64,000 nucleotides of DNA from Candidatus Omnitrophota bacterium (GCA_021735655.1 JAIPGM010000001.1:277262-341261), one strand, 5' to 3'. Counted from the stretch's first letter, positions 38,115 through 48,372 are shown. Notes: generated from the sequence alone by a model not told the origin. Numbers and translations are program-made.

Positions 38115-39186
38115 ACTTATAGATAAGAGAAACTCCTAAAAGCATAATTATAAAACTGGATAGCCAAATTCCGATCCAAGGGGTTACTATTTGACGTTCG
38201 ATTAAGGCTTTACCTAGTATTGAAAGCAGGTAGTAGGTTAGTGCACCTAAACAGGCAATACCGAAGTTAATCGATTTTTCCCGGTGGCGTACAACTAGAG
38301 ATACTCCGAAACCTAAGATAGTGAAGGCAATGATCGAGAAGGATAGATTTATCCTTTCGTGAAATTCAGTCAGAAAATCGGTCGTTTCTATGCCTTTTTG
38401 CCGGTATTGTTTAATCTTACTGAGTAGCTCTTCTATTCTCATGTCTGAAGGTTTCTTTTCGGTTTTAGTCGGTTTTTCTTTTTCAATCGGGATATTTTTA
38501 AAGAAGATTTTAAATTCACCACGTACATCACGTTTGCCGGCGGAGTCGATGTCATGATAATAGACATCTTCCAGTTTCATTTTTAGCACGTCTTTCTCTA
38601 CGATGAACTCTCCTTGTTTAGCTACGATCATTGTGGTCGCTTTTTTATTTTCCTTATCGAGCATATAAATTATGACATTTTTTAATTTATTTTCTTGCTT
38701 ATCGGATACATAGATGACATGATTTTCGAAATGCTCTAAAAAGACCCCCGGCTCAATAAAGGCCGATATATTTTTCATAAGTATTTTTTTTACATTATGG
38801 TAGCGGTAGGTAAGTTGAGGCACTACCTTATCATTTAGAATAAATAGTAGCAATGCGAAGATTGTTCCAATAATCAGAAAAATGTGTAGTATTTTAAAAG
38901 TTGAGACCCCGGCTACTCGCATGGCAATTACTTCATTGTCGGCGATTAATCGGCCCATAGATAGGAGTACACCCATGAAGAATGCTAATGGTAGGGTGTA
39001 GCGCATGAGCGGCGGGAAGGCAAATGACAACAAAGTAAAGGCGTCTTTAATATTAACGCCTTTACGAACAATCATATCTGAGAGATCAATCAGTTTGCCC
39101 ATCAACAGCACGGTGCTTAAAATAAGAAGCGAGAAGATAAAAACAGTAAAGAAATCTTTAATGATGTAGCTGCGGATTATTTTCAT
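38098..39186 (-). CDS. lptF: LPS export ABC permease (YjgP/YjgQ family)
   Basis: Same family. First gene of the pair. Overlaps lptG. Confidence 0.7.
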   Translation of the reverse strand: MKIIRSYIIKDFFTVFIFSLLILSTVLLMGKLIDLSDMIVRKGVNIKDAFTLLSFAFPPLMRYTLPLAFFMGVLLSMGRLIADNEVIAMRVAGVSTFKILHIFLIIGTIFALLLFILNDKVVPQLTYRYHNVKKILMKNISAFIEPGVFLEHFENHVIYVSDKQENKLKNVIIYMLDKENKKATTMIVAKQGEFIVEKDVLKMKLEDVYYHDIDSAGKRDVRGEFKIFFKNIPIEKEKPTKTEKKPSDMRIEELLSKIKQYRQKGIETTDFLTEFHERINLSFSIIAFTILGFGVSLVVRHREKSINFGIACLGALTYYLLSILGKALIERQIVTPWIGIWLSSFIIMLLGVSLIYKYAHSR

Positions 39187-39914
39187 GATTGTTGTTTAAA
39201 TTGGTTTCTTACAGTTTTGGATAAAGTTAGGGCTGTGATTATATTGGCACCTTTTTCTTTTAGGGCTTCTGAACACGCAAAAATAGTTGATCCAGTAGTG
39301 AAGATATCATCAACTAGAATAAGATTTAGGTTTTTCACAGCGTTGCTTGCGTTAAATATTCCTTTTACATTATTTTGTCTTTTAAGCCTGGCCAGTTTTG
39401 TCTGAGAAGGCCTGAATCTCGTGACACTTATTATATCATTTCTTAGGGGAATATTGAAATGATTTGATAGGAAGTTAGCTAAGACCTCAGCTTGGTTATA
39501 ACCCCTCATTTTTAGTTTATAACGGTGCAAGGGAACGGCAGTTATGCAGTGATAGCGATAAGCAGAAAATTGGATATCTTCTAGATGCTTAATTATTAGC
39601 TGAGCTAGGAGGTCACCTAAATAATCGCAATTACGGTATTTAAATAGCTGAATTAGCTTAGTTAAGGGCTCTTTATATTCGGTTGCACTGATTGCTCGCA
39701 TATAGGGGTATAGTTTAGTTTTACATTTATTGCAGGTTAATTTTTCTGGTTCATCTATTTTTCGTAAACAATAGCGGCAAAGAGGCGGTTTTAAGAACTT
39801 TATTTTTTTATAGCAGTCATTACAGAGCTGTCCCTGATGTATTTTTTTCTCGCAGCTAAAACAGGTTAAGGGAAAAAGTAAATTCTTGGCAGTTTTTATA
39901 TACTTTTTAAGCAC
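39183..39914 (-). CDS. comF: ComF-family protein (double zinc ribbon + phosphoribosyltransferase domain)
   Basis: N-terminal CxxC pairs; PRTase motif LILVDDIFTTGSTI. Confidence 0.75.
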   Translation of the reverse strand: MLKKYIKTAKNLLFPLTCFSCEKKIHQGQLCNDCYKKIKFLKPPLCRYCLRKIDEPEKLTCNKCKTKLYPYMRAISATEYKEPLTKLIQLFKYRNCDYLGDLLAQLIIKHLEDIQFSAYRYHCITAVPLHRYKLKMRGYNQAEVLANFLSNHFNIPLRNDIISVTRFRPSQTKLARLKRQNNVKGIFNASNAVKNLNLILVDDIFTTGSTIFACSEALKEKGANIITALTLSKTVRNQFKQQS

Positions 39915-40021
39915 AAGGGCTATTGTATTAGCTTTTTTTTTAATTTCAATAGTTAGTTTGTTTCGTTATTTTTAGATTTGTAGTATAATATTGTTTATAG
40001 AGTAATTGAGAAGGGGGATTG

Positions 40022-42694
40022 ATGTTACTGTTTGGATTTGTTATATCTCTAATTTATTGGATTTTTTCCGCCCTGAGCGACATGCTTATTTTTGGTCAGG
40101 GAACTTTTTTTGAAAATCTTACTGCCCCTAGCTCTCAAGAATTAATTCATCGCTTGTCAGTAGTTTTAGTTCTAATAATATCCAGTGGCTACTTTAGATA
40201 TTTTATCGGAAAGCGTCAGGTTATCGAGAATGAGCTTGATCAGGAGTATTGCCTTTCTCCAATAGCTCTAAATAGGATTGGGGCTATGACCTTTGTTTTT
40301 GATCCTACCGGTAAAATTTTACGTTTTAATCAGGCTTGCGAAAAAATAACCGGTTATACATTCGGTGAAGTAAGGAATAAATCCTTTTGGAAACTCTTTT
40401 TAGAGCCGGATACTGCTGAATTGATGAGGGAGCGACTTAATTGGATTAGTAGCAAATCGTTCCCTAGAGAGTATGAGAATATTTGGTTAGTTCGTAATCG
40501 GCAGCGTATTTTTATAAAATGGCACAACACGATGGTTTTAGACAAGGAATCAAAGCTAAAATACATTGTAAGCGTTGGCACAGATATAACCGAATACCAG
40601 CAAAAACAAAATATATTCAGGGGTTTTAATCGACAATATCAGGGGCTAATTGATAATATTGGTATCGGCATTTCGGTTGTCTCTCCGGATTTATCGATTG
40701 CTTATAAAAATCGCCAATACAAAGAATGGTTTCCCAAAGGAGATGTTTCTAGCCAATCGGTCAGCCATGATATTCTTAGTAATTTTTCTTCTCAAAATTG
40801 CGGCAAGTGTCCGAGTTGTAAAGTTTTGTCTGATGGCGTGGCTCATGAAGCAATGATTGAGGTTGACGCTTTAGGTAAAAGGATGGTTTATAAAGTTTCT
40901 GCATCGGCAGTTATTGACACTGAAGGTAAAATCGTTGGTGCGATAGAAACAATTCAGGATTTTACAAAAATTAATCATCAGGAAGTCGAAATAAGACGCA
41001 GCTACCTTGCTCAGGCAGTAATTAATTCTCTTTTACGTTTTTCTTTAGAGAATATTACTCTTGAGGGTTTTTTAAAATGTGCCCCGGGCATTATTGTATC
41101 TACCCCTTGGCTTAGTTCAAAATCCAAGGTGGCGATTTACTTAGTTGGAGATGAACCGGAAGTCTTAGTCTTGAGAGCTCAGGTTAATTTTTCTAAAGAA
41201 GAGATCCCGGGTATAAAGCGTTTTGCTTTTGGTGAGCATATTGCTGGTCGAGCTGCCCAGTTGGCAAGACCACAATTTTCAGCCCATATTCAGGAAGGTA
41301 ATGAGATCGGAATTAAAAATGGCGGAATTAACGCCCATTATTGTTTGCCGATCATCTACTCAGGGGCAGTTTTGGGGGTAATAGATATATATATGGAAGA
41401 TGGCCATATCCAGAGTAAACAGGAGGAAGAGTTTTTATCGGCCATTGCTAATACTTTAGCTGGAGTAATCCATCGTAAAGAAGTCGAGGAACGATTAGGC
41501 AAGACAAATGATTGTTTTGTGAGCTTGGGAATAGACCCGGTTGCTAATATTCAGAGCTTTGTTGCTTTAAGCGGCGAAATCCTTGAAGTTGATACGATGT
41601 TTTATCAGCAATTTAATCCAGATACAAATTCTTTTGAGATTCTCGGTGAGTATAATAGCTCTGGTAGCTATAAGCCGTTAGTAAAATATTATAAGAGTGC
41701 TTGTCATGAGACTATGAGAGCTGAAGGCGAGATATTAGTTAAAGATGTATCAGAAATTTCTCAATCGACAAAAAATTCTAAACTTCATACTTTTGTTGGC
41801 CAGGCAGTTAGGTGCGGAGGTAGCTATGTTGGCTTGCTGAGTGGTTTCTACAGGGACTATTTTAGACTTAGGGAAGATGATCGCAAGTTCTTAGGGGTTA
41901 TTGCCTCAGCCATCGGCGTTGAGGAGGAACGTATAAAGTCGAAGCGGCATCTTGATGTTGCTTATGATAGATTAAAAGAGGCTCAACATGAGCTCGTTCA
42001 GTCTGAAAAGCTAGCGGCTTTGGGACGATTTTCTTCGGGTATGGCCCATGAGGTAAAGAATCCTTTGGGTATTATTTTGGGAGGTATTGAGTTTTTAGAA
42101 AAAAAACTAGTTAAAGCAGACAAAGATGAAAGGTTAGCTATTAAAAAAATTAAAGAGTCTACTCTGCGGGCCGACAGCGTAGTACGTAATCTTCTTAAAT
42201 TTGCAATGCCTTCGGAAATAAAAACCGAAAAACTTAATCCAGTTGATTTGATTAACGATACCCTCACGTTAGTTAAGTATCGGATTTCTTTAATTAATGT
42301 TAAAATTGATACTGATTTTACTAAAGAAGATATTTTCGTTTCCGGAGACAAAAACCAGCTACAGCAAGTTTTATTTAATTTAATAATGAATGCCGTCGAT
42401 GCTGTAGCTAAGGGTTCGATTATTAAGATAAAAACTTTAAAAGTCTCGGCTGGTTATTTAGCCTATCCAGCCTGCGTTATTGAAATAAACGACACCGGCC
42501 AAGGTATATCTGAAGATAATTTATCTAAGCTGTTTGAGCCTTTTTTTACTACAAAGCGTGATAAGAAGGGGACTGGTCTAGGGTTATCAATTTCTAAAAT
42601 AATAGTTGAGAACCATAAGGGTAAGTTAACTATTGATAGTGAGTTTGGGAAGGGGACTATGGCGAGAGTTATTCTGCCGATAGCCGCTGGATAG
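40022..42694 (+). CDS. sensor histidine kinase with 2 TM helices and multiple PAS and GAF domains
   Basis: HisKA H-box GMAHEVKNPLG; HATPase N/G boxes (NLIMNAVDA, GTGLGLS). Upstream PAS and GAF repeats. Confidence 0.8.
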   Translation: MLLFGFVISLIYWIFSALSDMLIFGQGTFFENLTAPSSQELIHRLSVVLVLIISSGYFRYFIGKRQVIENELDQEYCLSPIALNRIGAMTFVFDPTGKILRFNQACEKITGYTFGEVRNKSFWKLFLEPDTAELMRERLNWISSKSFPREYENIWLVRNRQRIFIKWHNTMVLDKESKLKYIVSVGTDITEYQQKQNIFRGFNRQYQGLIDNIGIGISVVSPDLSIAYKNRQYKEWFPKGDVSSQSVSHDILSNFSSQNCGKCPSCKVLSDGVAHEAMIEVDALGKRMVYKVSASAVIDTEGKIVGAIETIQDFTKINHQEVEIRRSYLAQAVINSLLRFSLENITLEGFLKCAPGIIVSTPWLSSKSKVAIYLVGDEPEVLVLRAQVNFSKEEIPGIKRFAFGEHIAGRAAQLARPQFSAHIQEGNEIGIKNGGINAHYCLPIIYSGAVLGVIDIYMEDGHIQSKQEEEFLSAIANTLAGVIHRKEVEERLGKTNDCFVSLGIDPVANIQSFVALSGEILEVDTMFYQQFNPDTNSFEILGEYNSSGSYKPLVKYYKSACHETMRAEGEILVKDVSEISQSTKNSKLHTFVGQAVRCGGSYVGLLSGFYRDYFRLREDDRKFLGVIASAIGVEEERIKSKRHLDVAYDRLKEAQHELVQSEKLAALGRFSSGMAHEVKNPLGIILGGIEFLEKKLVKADKDERLAIKKIKESTLRADSVVRNLLKFAMPSEIKTEKLNPVDLINDTLTLVKYRISLINVKIDTDFTKEDIFVSGDKNQLQQVLFNLIMNAVDAVAKGSIIKIKTLKVSAGYLAYPACVIEINDTGQGISEDNLSKLFEPFFTTKRDKKGTGLGLSISKIIVENHKGKLTIDSEFGKGTMARVILPIAAG

Positions 42695-42696
42695 GG

Positions 42697-42724
42697 TTGA
42701 CATCTTTTAATAAAGGTGTATTAT
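42697..42724 (+). promoter_or_regulatory. sigma70-type promoter TTGACA-N16-TATTAT for the receiver gene
   Basis: TTGACA at 42697-42702, TATTAT at 42719-42724, then RBS AGGGAGG and ATG 42744. Confidence 0.5.
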
Positions 42725-42743
42725 TTTTTTAGGGAGGTTATTG

Positions 42744-43133
42744 ATGAAAAAGATACTAATTATTGATGATGAAGAAGATCTGTCCTTTTTTGTCAAAGCG
42801 AACCTAGAGTTAGTTGAAGGCTATGAAGTTACAACGGCCACTAGCGGTAAAGAAGGTATTAGAGTCGCCGCCAAGTACATGCCGAATATAATACTTCTTG
42901 ATATTATGATGCCGGGTATGGATGGCTATGAGACTTTAGATAAACTTAAGAGTTCAAAGAAGACAATGTCTATTCCGGTAATTATGCTCACTGCTAGGGC
43001 TGACGAAGAGTCTAAAGTAAAAGCGGCAAGTGCTTATAACGAAGATTATTTGATTAAACCTGTCCAAATAGATGTTTTAAGGGCAAAAATTGAAGAAGTG
43101 CTAAAACGTCGGAACTTTGAAGAAGACTTGTGA
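42744..43133 (+). CDS. single-domain response regulator (CheY-like receiver)
   Basis: ILIIDDEED..LLDIMMPGMDGYE..K motifs (acidic pocket, Asp, Lys). Confidence 0.8.
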   Translation: MKKILIIDDEEDLSFFVKANLELVEGYEVTTATSGKEGIRVAAKYMPNIILLDIMMPGMDGYETLDKLKSSKKTMSIPVIMLTARADEESKVKAASAYNEDYLIKPVQIDVLRAKIEEVLKRRNFEEDL

Positions 43134-43172
43134 TTTTAGCCTAAAGCTTTAAAACATAACCCAGTCCAACCT

Positions 43173-43508
43173 ATGCGTTTTTTTTCTTGGCCAACAGTAA
43201 TTACTTTTTCTTTGCTAATTTTCGTACTTTCTATTTCTCCGATTGGCGTAGCCGAAGAAATTGTCTTTCCTTTTTTAGATAAATTTTTCCACGGATTAGC
43301 TTATTTTTTGCTTAGTTTTGTAACGGTGAATACTTTCCGCAAAGCAAATAAAAAGCATGCTGTACTTGGTGGATTCATTTATTCCTTTTCGCTGAGCATA
43401 TTGATCGAAATAGCTCAGTACTTTATTCCCTATCGAAGTTTTCAGGTCACGGATATAGCTGCTAATTTTTTGGGAAGTTTTTTGGGTTGTTTGCTTAGAG
43501 TTATCTAG
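43173..43508 (+). CDS. VanZ-like family membrane protein
   Basis: Small 4-TM protein with VanZ-like DKFFHGLAYFLL and DIAANFLG motifs. Confidence 0.6.
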   Translation: MRFFSWPTVITFSLLIFVLSISPIGVAEEIVFPFLDKFFHGLAYFLLSFVTVNTFRKANKKHAVLGGFIYSFSLSILIEIAQYFIPYRSFQVTDIAANFLGSFLGCLLRVI

Positions 43509-43520
43509 TTAAAGATAGGC

Positions 43521-45086
43521 ATGAAAAATAATATTAATAATTTAAATCAACTTTTAGACAATGCAGTTTCTAAATTTGCTAATCGTCCGGCATTAATTTT
43601 TGGAGCCCGCAAAATAACCTACCAGCAGTTAAAAGTCTCGGCAGACAATTTAGCGACTTCTCTTTATCGTTTAGGAATAAGATCCAAGGATAAGGTTGCT
43701 GTTTGGTTGCCCAATTGCCCGGAGTTTGTATTTTCTTTTTTTGCGATTACCCGGCTAGGCGCAGTAGTTGTTCCGATTAATACGATGTTTAAGCGAGAGG
43801 AGGCCCGTTATTTAGTTTCCGATTCTCAGGCAAAAATTCTAATTTGTTCTATTGATAAAGTGGAAGATGTTGAGAATATTCTTTCGCGTGTTGATACGCT
43901 TATGAATATAATTTCTCTACCGGCCCCGAGTCAAAGCAGGCTGATGCTTAGCTTTCATTCTTTAGTTAGGAATTCTAAAGGGAATTTTAAAAGGTGCGAA
44001 GTGGTTGAAAATGATTTAGCTGAAATAGTTTACACTTCCGGAACAACCGGAAAACCTAAGGGCGCCTGCCTCAGTCATAAAAATCTTATTTCTAACATTA
44101 AGGATTGTTCGCAAGTTATAAAATTCAGCAAAGCTGATTCGGTGGTTTGTATTTTGCCTCTTTTCCATTCTTTTGCTTCAACCGTTTGCATGCTGCTTCC
44201 TATTTATAATGGCGGTCTAGTAGTTATTATGCGCTCAGTGCGTCCGTTTAAGCGAGTCATTCGGACAATTTTTCGTCATCGGATTACTATTTTTGTCGGG
44301 GTACCTTCACTTTATAGTATTTTGAGTGCGATGAAGCTTACTAAGCTGCGCTGGGTTTTAAATGTTTTTATTAATCCAATTCGTCTGTGCATATCTGGTG
44401 CGGCAGCTCTTCCTTTAAAAGTAGCTAAAGATTTTGAGAAGAATTTTAAGCGACCCTTGCTTCAAGGCTATGGTTTAACTGAAGCTTCACCGGTAGTTTC
44501 CCTCAACCTTTTAGATAGAAAACTCAAACCAGGTTCAGTCGGCCGGGTTCTTCCTTCGGTTAAGGTTAAGATTGTAGGTAAAGATGGCCTGGAAGTTGTC
44601 TTGGGTGAGGTTGGTGAATTATTGGTTAAAGGCCCTAATGTAATGAGTGGTTATTATAATTTAATTGAGGATACAAAAAAAGCCTTAAAAGAAGGCTGGC
44701 TTTATACTGGCGATTTAGCTAAGATGGATGAAGCAGGCTGTATTTATATCATTGGTCGCAGCAAAGAGATGATTAATGTGAGAGGTTTTAATGTTTATCC
44801 TCGGGAGATTGAAGATTTACTTTATCAATATCCGAAGATAAAGGAGGCTGCGGTGGTCGGTGTTTCCCATCGACATCGGGGAGAGGTCCCGGTTGCTTTT
44901 GTGGTTACAGAGGGTAAAATAGAACAGCGTGAAATTATTAATTATTTAAGGTCGAATTTAGCAGCCTATAAAATACCGCTTAAAGTTTTCTTTAAAGAAA
45001 ACTTGCCTAAAAATGCTACCGGAAAGATACTAAAAAGAGAGCTGGGAGATGAGGTTAGGGCAACTTTCGAAGGAATAAAGGAATAA
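43521..45086 (+). CDS. long-chain fatty acid--CoA ligase (AMP-binding superfamily)
   Basis: TSGTTGKPKGA AMP-binding motif. C-terminal GDEVRA.. plus Lys. Confidence 0.8.
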   Translation: MKNNINNLNQLLDNAVSKFANRPALIFGARKITYQQLKVSADNLATSLYRLGIRSKDKVAVWLPNCPEFVFSFFAITRLGAVVVPINTMFKREEARYLVSDSQAKILICSIDKVEDVENILSRVDTLMNIISLPAPSQSRLMLSFHSLVRNSKGNFKRCEVVENDLAEIVYTSGTTGKPKGACLSHKNLISNIKDCSQVIKFSKADSVVCILPLFHSFASTVCMLLPIYNGGLVVIMRSVRPFKRVIRTIFRHRITIFVGVPSLYSILSAMKLTKLRWVLNVFINPIRLCISGAAALPLKVAKDFEKNFKRPLLQGYGLTEASPVVSLNLLDRKLKPGSVGRVLPSVKVKIVGKDGLEVVLGEVGELLVKGPNVMSGYYNLIEDTKKALKEGWLYTGDLAKMDEAGCIYIIGRSKEMINVRGFNVYPREIEDLLYQYPKIKEAAVVGVSHRHRGEVPVAFVVTEGKIEQREIINYLRSNLAAYKIPLKVFFKENLPKNATGKILKRELGDEVRATFEGIKE

Positions 45087-45093
45087 GGATAAA

Positions 45094-45753
45094 ATGAATT
45101 CCCATAATAAAGCGTTTGAAATTGTTTTTAATGACGAATATTTAGTTGTTGTAAATAAAATTGCGAAAATTTTAGTTCAACCTGCATCTAGCAAGAAAGA
45201 GGTGACTTTAACCACGCTTATTGCTAAAGAGTTAAATGAGAAAGTTTTTCCTTGTCATCGATTAGATCGAGAAACTACTGGTTTGATTATTTACGCGAAA
45301 AGCTCAGCCATCCAGACTGATCTTACCTGGCAGTTCAGAAAGAGTGAAGTTAAAAAAAAGTACATTGCTTTTGTTAAGGGTCGTTTAGATGGAAGGGAAG
45401 GCTTACTTGATGATCAGATAATCGATCGCGAGGGGAAACGTTTTGGTGAAAAACCCAAAAGAGCAAAAACAATTTATAGGGTGTTAGAAAGATTTCCTAA
45501 TTTCAGTGTTTTAGAACTTACTCCTTTAACTGGAAGAACTAACCAGTTGCGTATACAACTAGCTAATATCGGTTATCCGATCTTAGGTGAAACAAAGTAT
45601 GCCTTCCGGAAGGATTTTGCAATTAGATTTCGACGGCTGGCTTTGCACGCTTTTTATTTGCAATTTCTTCATCCGGTGAGCTCCGATAAGGTTAATTTAA
45701 AGATCAATTTAGCTAATGATATGAAGGATTTTTTAGATAAAAGGAGAAAGTAA
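45094..45753 (+). CDS. RluA-family pseudouridine synthase
   Basis: HRLDRETTGLIIYAKS catalytic Asp motif. Confidence 0.8.
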   Translation: MNSHNKAFEIVFNDEYLVVVNKIAKILVQPASSKKEVTLTTLIAKELNEKVFPCHRLDRETTGLIIYAKSSAIQTDLTWQFRKSEVKKKYIAFVKGRLDGREGLLDDQIIDREGKRFGEKPKRAKTIYRVLERFPNFSVLELTPLTGRTNQLRIQLANIGYPILGETKYAFRKDFAIRFRRLALHAFYLQFLHPVSSDKVNLKINLANDMKDFLDKRRK

Positions 45754-45806
45754 ATAATTTTCAAAAAAAATCTTTACATAAGAGGCATTAATGATAGACT
45801 AAAATT

Positions 45807-46355
45807 ATGAGAGAAAAGGCGTTTACTTTAATCGAATTAGTAGTGGTTATTGCTATTATTGCCATCCTTGCTTCTATTGTCGCTCCTAATGCTTTTAGGT
45901 CAATCGAGAAGTCAAAGGTCGCTCGAGCAGTAAGCGACATAAAAACTCTGCAAGGAGCCGCAAGTAATTATTATGTGTCCACTAATAAACGGGCGCCGAC
46001 CTACATGATGGAGGATTCTACAACTTACCTTAACAATCCCTATATAACTGATTCGGGAGATGCCGGTTGGAATGGTGCTTATCTTGAACAGTGGCCCGCA
46101 CACCCTTGGGGAGGTAGCTACGGCTGGATTCAGAACTATGCTTGGGACGGAGACGGTTCTTTAAATGATGGTATTGTTGTCATGGATGATGACCGGCCGG
46201 GAATGGGAGTTGCGGATAACCAGGGACAAGTTCCTCAAAAAGCACTGATAAAAATTTCTGAGATTTTAGATGACGGCACTCTTACCAGTGGAACAGTCCA
46301 GTCACCAATCAGCGGTGAAGCTGGAACCTTAGGTGCTCTGACTTTTCATAATTGA
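45807..46355 (+). CDS. GspG/PulG-like pseudopilin paralog (third copy)
   Basis: MREKAFTLIELVVVIAIIAILA; GWNGAYL and HPWGG motifs. Confidence 0.7.
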   Translation: MREKAFTLIELVVVIAIIAILASIVAPNAFRSIEKSKVARAVSDIKTLQGAASNYYVSTNKRAPTYMMEDSTTYLNNPYITDSGDAGWNGAYLEQWPAHPWGGSYGWIQNYAWDGDGSLNDGIVVMDDDRPGMGVADNQGQVPQKALIKISEILDDGTLTSGTVQSPISGEAGTLGALTFHN

Positions 46356-46484
46356 ACGTTTTGTAAAAATAAAAAGAGCTGGCTAAAAACTTAAATAGTA
46401 CAAAATTTAGAGATTACCTGACCAGCGAACAATTTAATTCAACCGACCTAAACTCACCGTTTCTTTAAGCTAAAAAACATTTAT

Positions 46485-46513
46485 TTGACTAAAAAACTAG
46501 TGATTAGTATAAT
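46485..46513 (+). promoter_or_regulatory. consensus promoter TTGACT-N17-TATAAT, 9 nt upstream of the thioesterase ATG (leaderless arrangement)
   Basis: TTGACT at 46485-46490, TATAAT at 46508-46513, ATG 46523. No SD. Confidence 0.55.
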
Positions 46514-46522
46514 TGTTACCTT

Positions 46523-46906
46523 ATGCATACGATAGAAAAAAAGATTTACTACCACGATACTGATTGCGGAGGAGTGGTCTATTATTCTAATTACCTGAAG
46601 TATCTTGAAGAAGCCAGAACCGAATTTTTACTCGATAAGGGTTTGGATGTAGATAAATTGGCCAAAGAAGATACTTTGTTTGTGGTTGGTAGTGTAAATA
46701 TTAGTTATAAGGCTCCGGCTAAATATGCCGATAAGCTAGCAATCTATACTGAGGTTATTAAAAAGAAAAACGTATCTTTGGAGTTTTCCCAAGAAGTAAA
46801 AAGAGCTGATCAGGTGTTAGTTTCAGCAATTACTAAACTTGTTTGTGTGGGGAGTAATTTTAAGCCCAAGGCGATGTCAAAAGAGGTAAACGAGAGGATA
46901 GGATAA
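46523..46906 (+). CDS. acyl-CoA thioesterase, YbgC/4HBT family
   Basis: YYHDTDCGGVVYYSNYLKYLEEARTEF hotdog-fold signature. Confidence 0.75.
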   Translation: MHTIEKKIYYHDTDCGGVVYYSNYLKYLEEARTEFLLDKGLDVDKLAKEDTLFVVGSVNISYKAPAKYADKLAIYTEVIKKKNVSLEFSQEVKRADQVLVSAITKLVCVGSNFKPKAMSKEVNERIG

Positions 46907-47259
46907 TGACATATTCGATTTTTGATAAAGATAAGGGTACAGTAATAAGTGGTAAAGCCAGGATAGCTAAGAGTTTTGGCTTGCGTCTAAAGGGGTTAAT
47001 GTTTAAAAAGGAAATTGATGAAAAAGAAGCCCTTATTTTTCATAATGCGCCGGCGATTCACACTTGTTTTATGAGGTTTGCTATTGATATTGTGTTTTTG
47101 GATAAGAGCAATAAGGTAATAAGAATTTGTGAAGCAGTTAAGCCTTGGAAAATGGTTACTTGCTCCAAGGCGGCTATTACTATAGAACTTCCTGCCAATC
47201 GCGCCAAGCGCAGATCTTTGGCCCTAGGTGATCAATTAGAGATAACTCTTGGAGATTGA
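46906..47259 (+). CDS. DUF192 (COG1430) family protein
   Basis: GLMFKKE..HTCFMRFAIDIVFLD pattern. Confidence 0.55.
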   Translation: MTYSIFDKDKGTVISGKARIAKSFGLRLKGLMFKKEIDEKEALIFHNAPAIHTCFMRFAIDIVFLDKSNKVIRICEAVKPWKMVTCSKAAITIELPANRAKRRSLALGDQLEITLGD

Positions 47260-47364
47260 AAAGCCTAAGTAATTTCAGGCCTATTTCTAAATTATATTGA
47301 CTAGGTTTAACTTTTAGTTTATGATAGGCTTTGTTCTTATAATATATAGGTATGGGAGGTTTAA

Positions 47365-48372
47365 ATGATTAAGGCTGCAGTATTAGGAGCAACCGGTTTT
47401 ACCGGCGAAAAATTGATTGAAATTCTACTTAATCACCCTAAGGTGCAGATTGGCTATATCTGCGCAAAGGTTGAAAAAATTCAGAAATTTTCAACTATTT
47501 TCCCTCATTTTAAAAACAAATTGGATATGGTTTGTGCCAATCCTGATCTTGAGCAGGCGGCCAAACTGGCTGAGGTTATATTTTTAGCTTTGCCGCATAA
47601 GTTATCTTATACGGTGGCGCCTTTTTTCTTAGAGAAAGGAAAGCTAGTAGTAGATTTGTCAGCTGACTACAGACTAAAAGATCCGAAGGTTTATGAACAA
47701 TTTTATAAGGCTAAACATAAGGATTTAAAAAATTTAAAGAACTCGGTATATGGGCTTCCGGAATATTATAAAGAGAAGATAAAAAAGGCGAAACTTATCG
47801 CTAACCCAGGCTGTTATCCTACGGTCTCAACTTTAAGTCTAGCTCCTTTGTTGAAAGAAGGCGTAGTTAAGAATGTAATTATTGATGCTAAAAGTGGGAT
47901 TAGCGGTGCCGGAAGAAATCCGGATTTAACTTATCGCTATGATCATTTAAGCGGTAATCTGTTTGGCTATAAACTTTTTGATCATCAGCATTTACCGGAG
48001 ATAGAACAGGTGCTTTCTAATATTAGTAAAAAGAAAGTTTCACTTAGATTCACTCCGCACGTTATTCCGGCTGAGAGAGGAATTTTGGCGACTATCTATG
48101 CTGATTTAGTCAAACCGGTCAAAGAAAATACGGTTAACAGTATTTATGCTCAGTACTACAAGAAAGCCCCTTTCGTGAGGTTGTTTAAGCAGAAGCTTCC
48201 TCAATTAAAAGATGTTGTCGGTAGTAATTTTTGTGATATTGGTTTCCAGATTAAAGATAAAAAGATAGTCATCATTGGAACGATTGATAATTTAATAAAA
48301 GGTGCCGCCGGCCAGGCAGTGCAAAATATGAATATAGCTTTAGGCTGGGATGAAAAACTGGGTTTATTATGA
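47365..48372 (+). CDS. argC: N-acetyl-gamma-glutamyl-phosphate reductase
   Basis: GATGFTG N-terminus and active-site GCYPT. Confidence 0.9.
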   Translation: MIKAAVLGATGFTGEKLIEILLNHPKVQIGYICAKVEKIQKFSTIFPHFKNKLDMVCANPDLEQAAKLAEVIFLALPHKLSYTVAPFFLEKGKLVVDLSADYRLKDPKVYEQFYKAKHKDLKNLKNSVYGLPEYYKEKIKKAKLIANPGCYPTVSTLSLAPLLKEGVVKNVIIDAKSGISGAGRNPDLTYRYDHLSGNLFGYKLFDHQHLPEIEQVLSNISKKKVSLRFTPHVIPAERGILATIYADLVKPVKENTVNSIYAQYYKKAPFVRLFKQKLPQLKDVVGSNFCDIGFQIKDKKIVIIGTIDNLIKGAAGQAVQNMNIALGWDEKLGLL

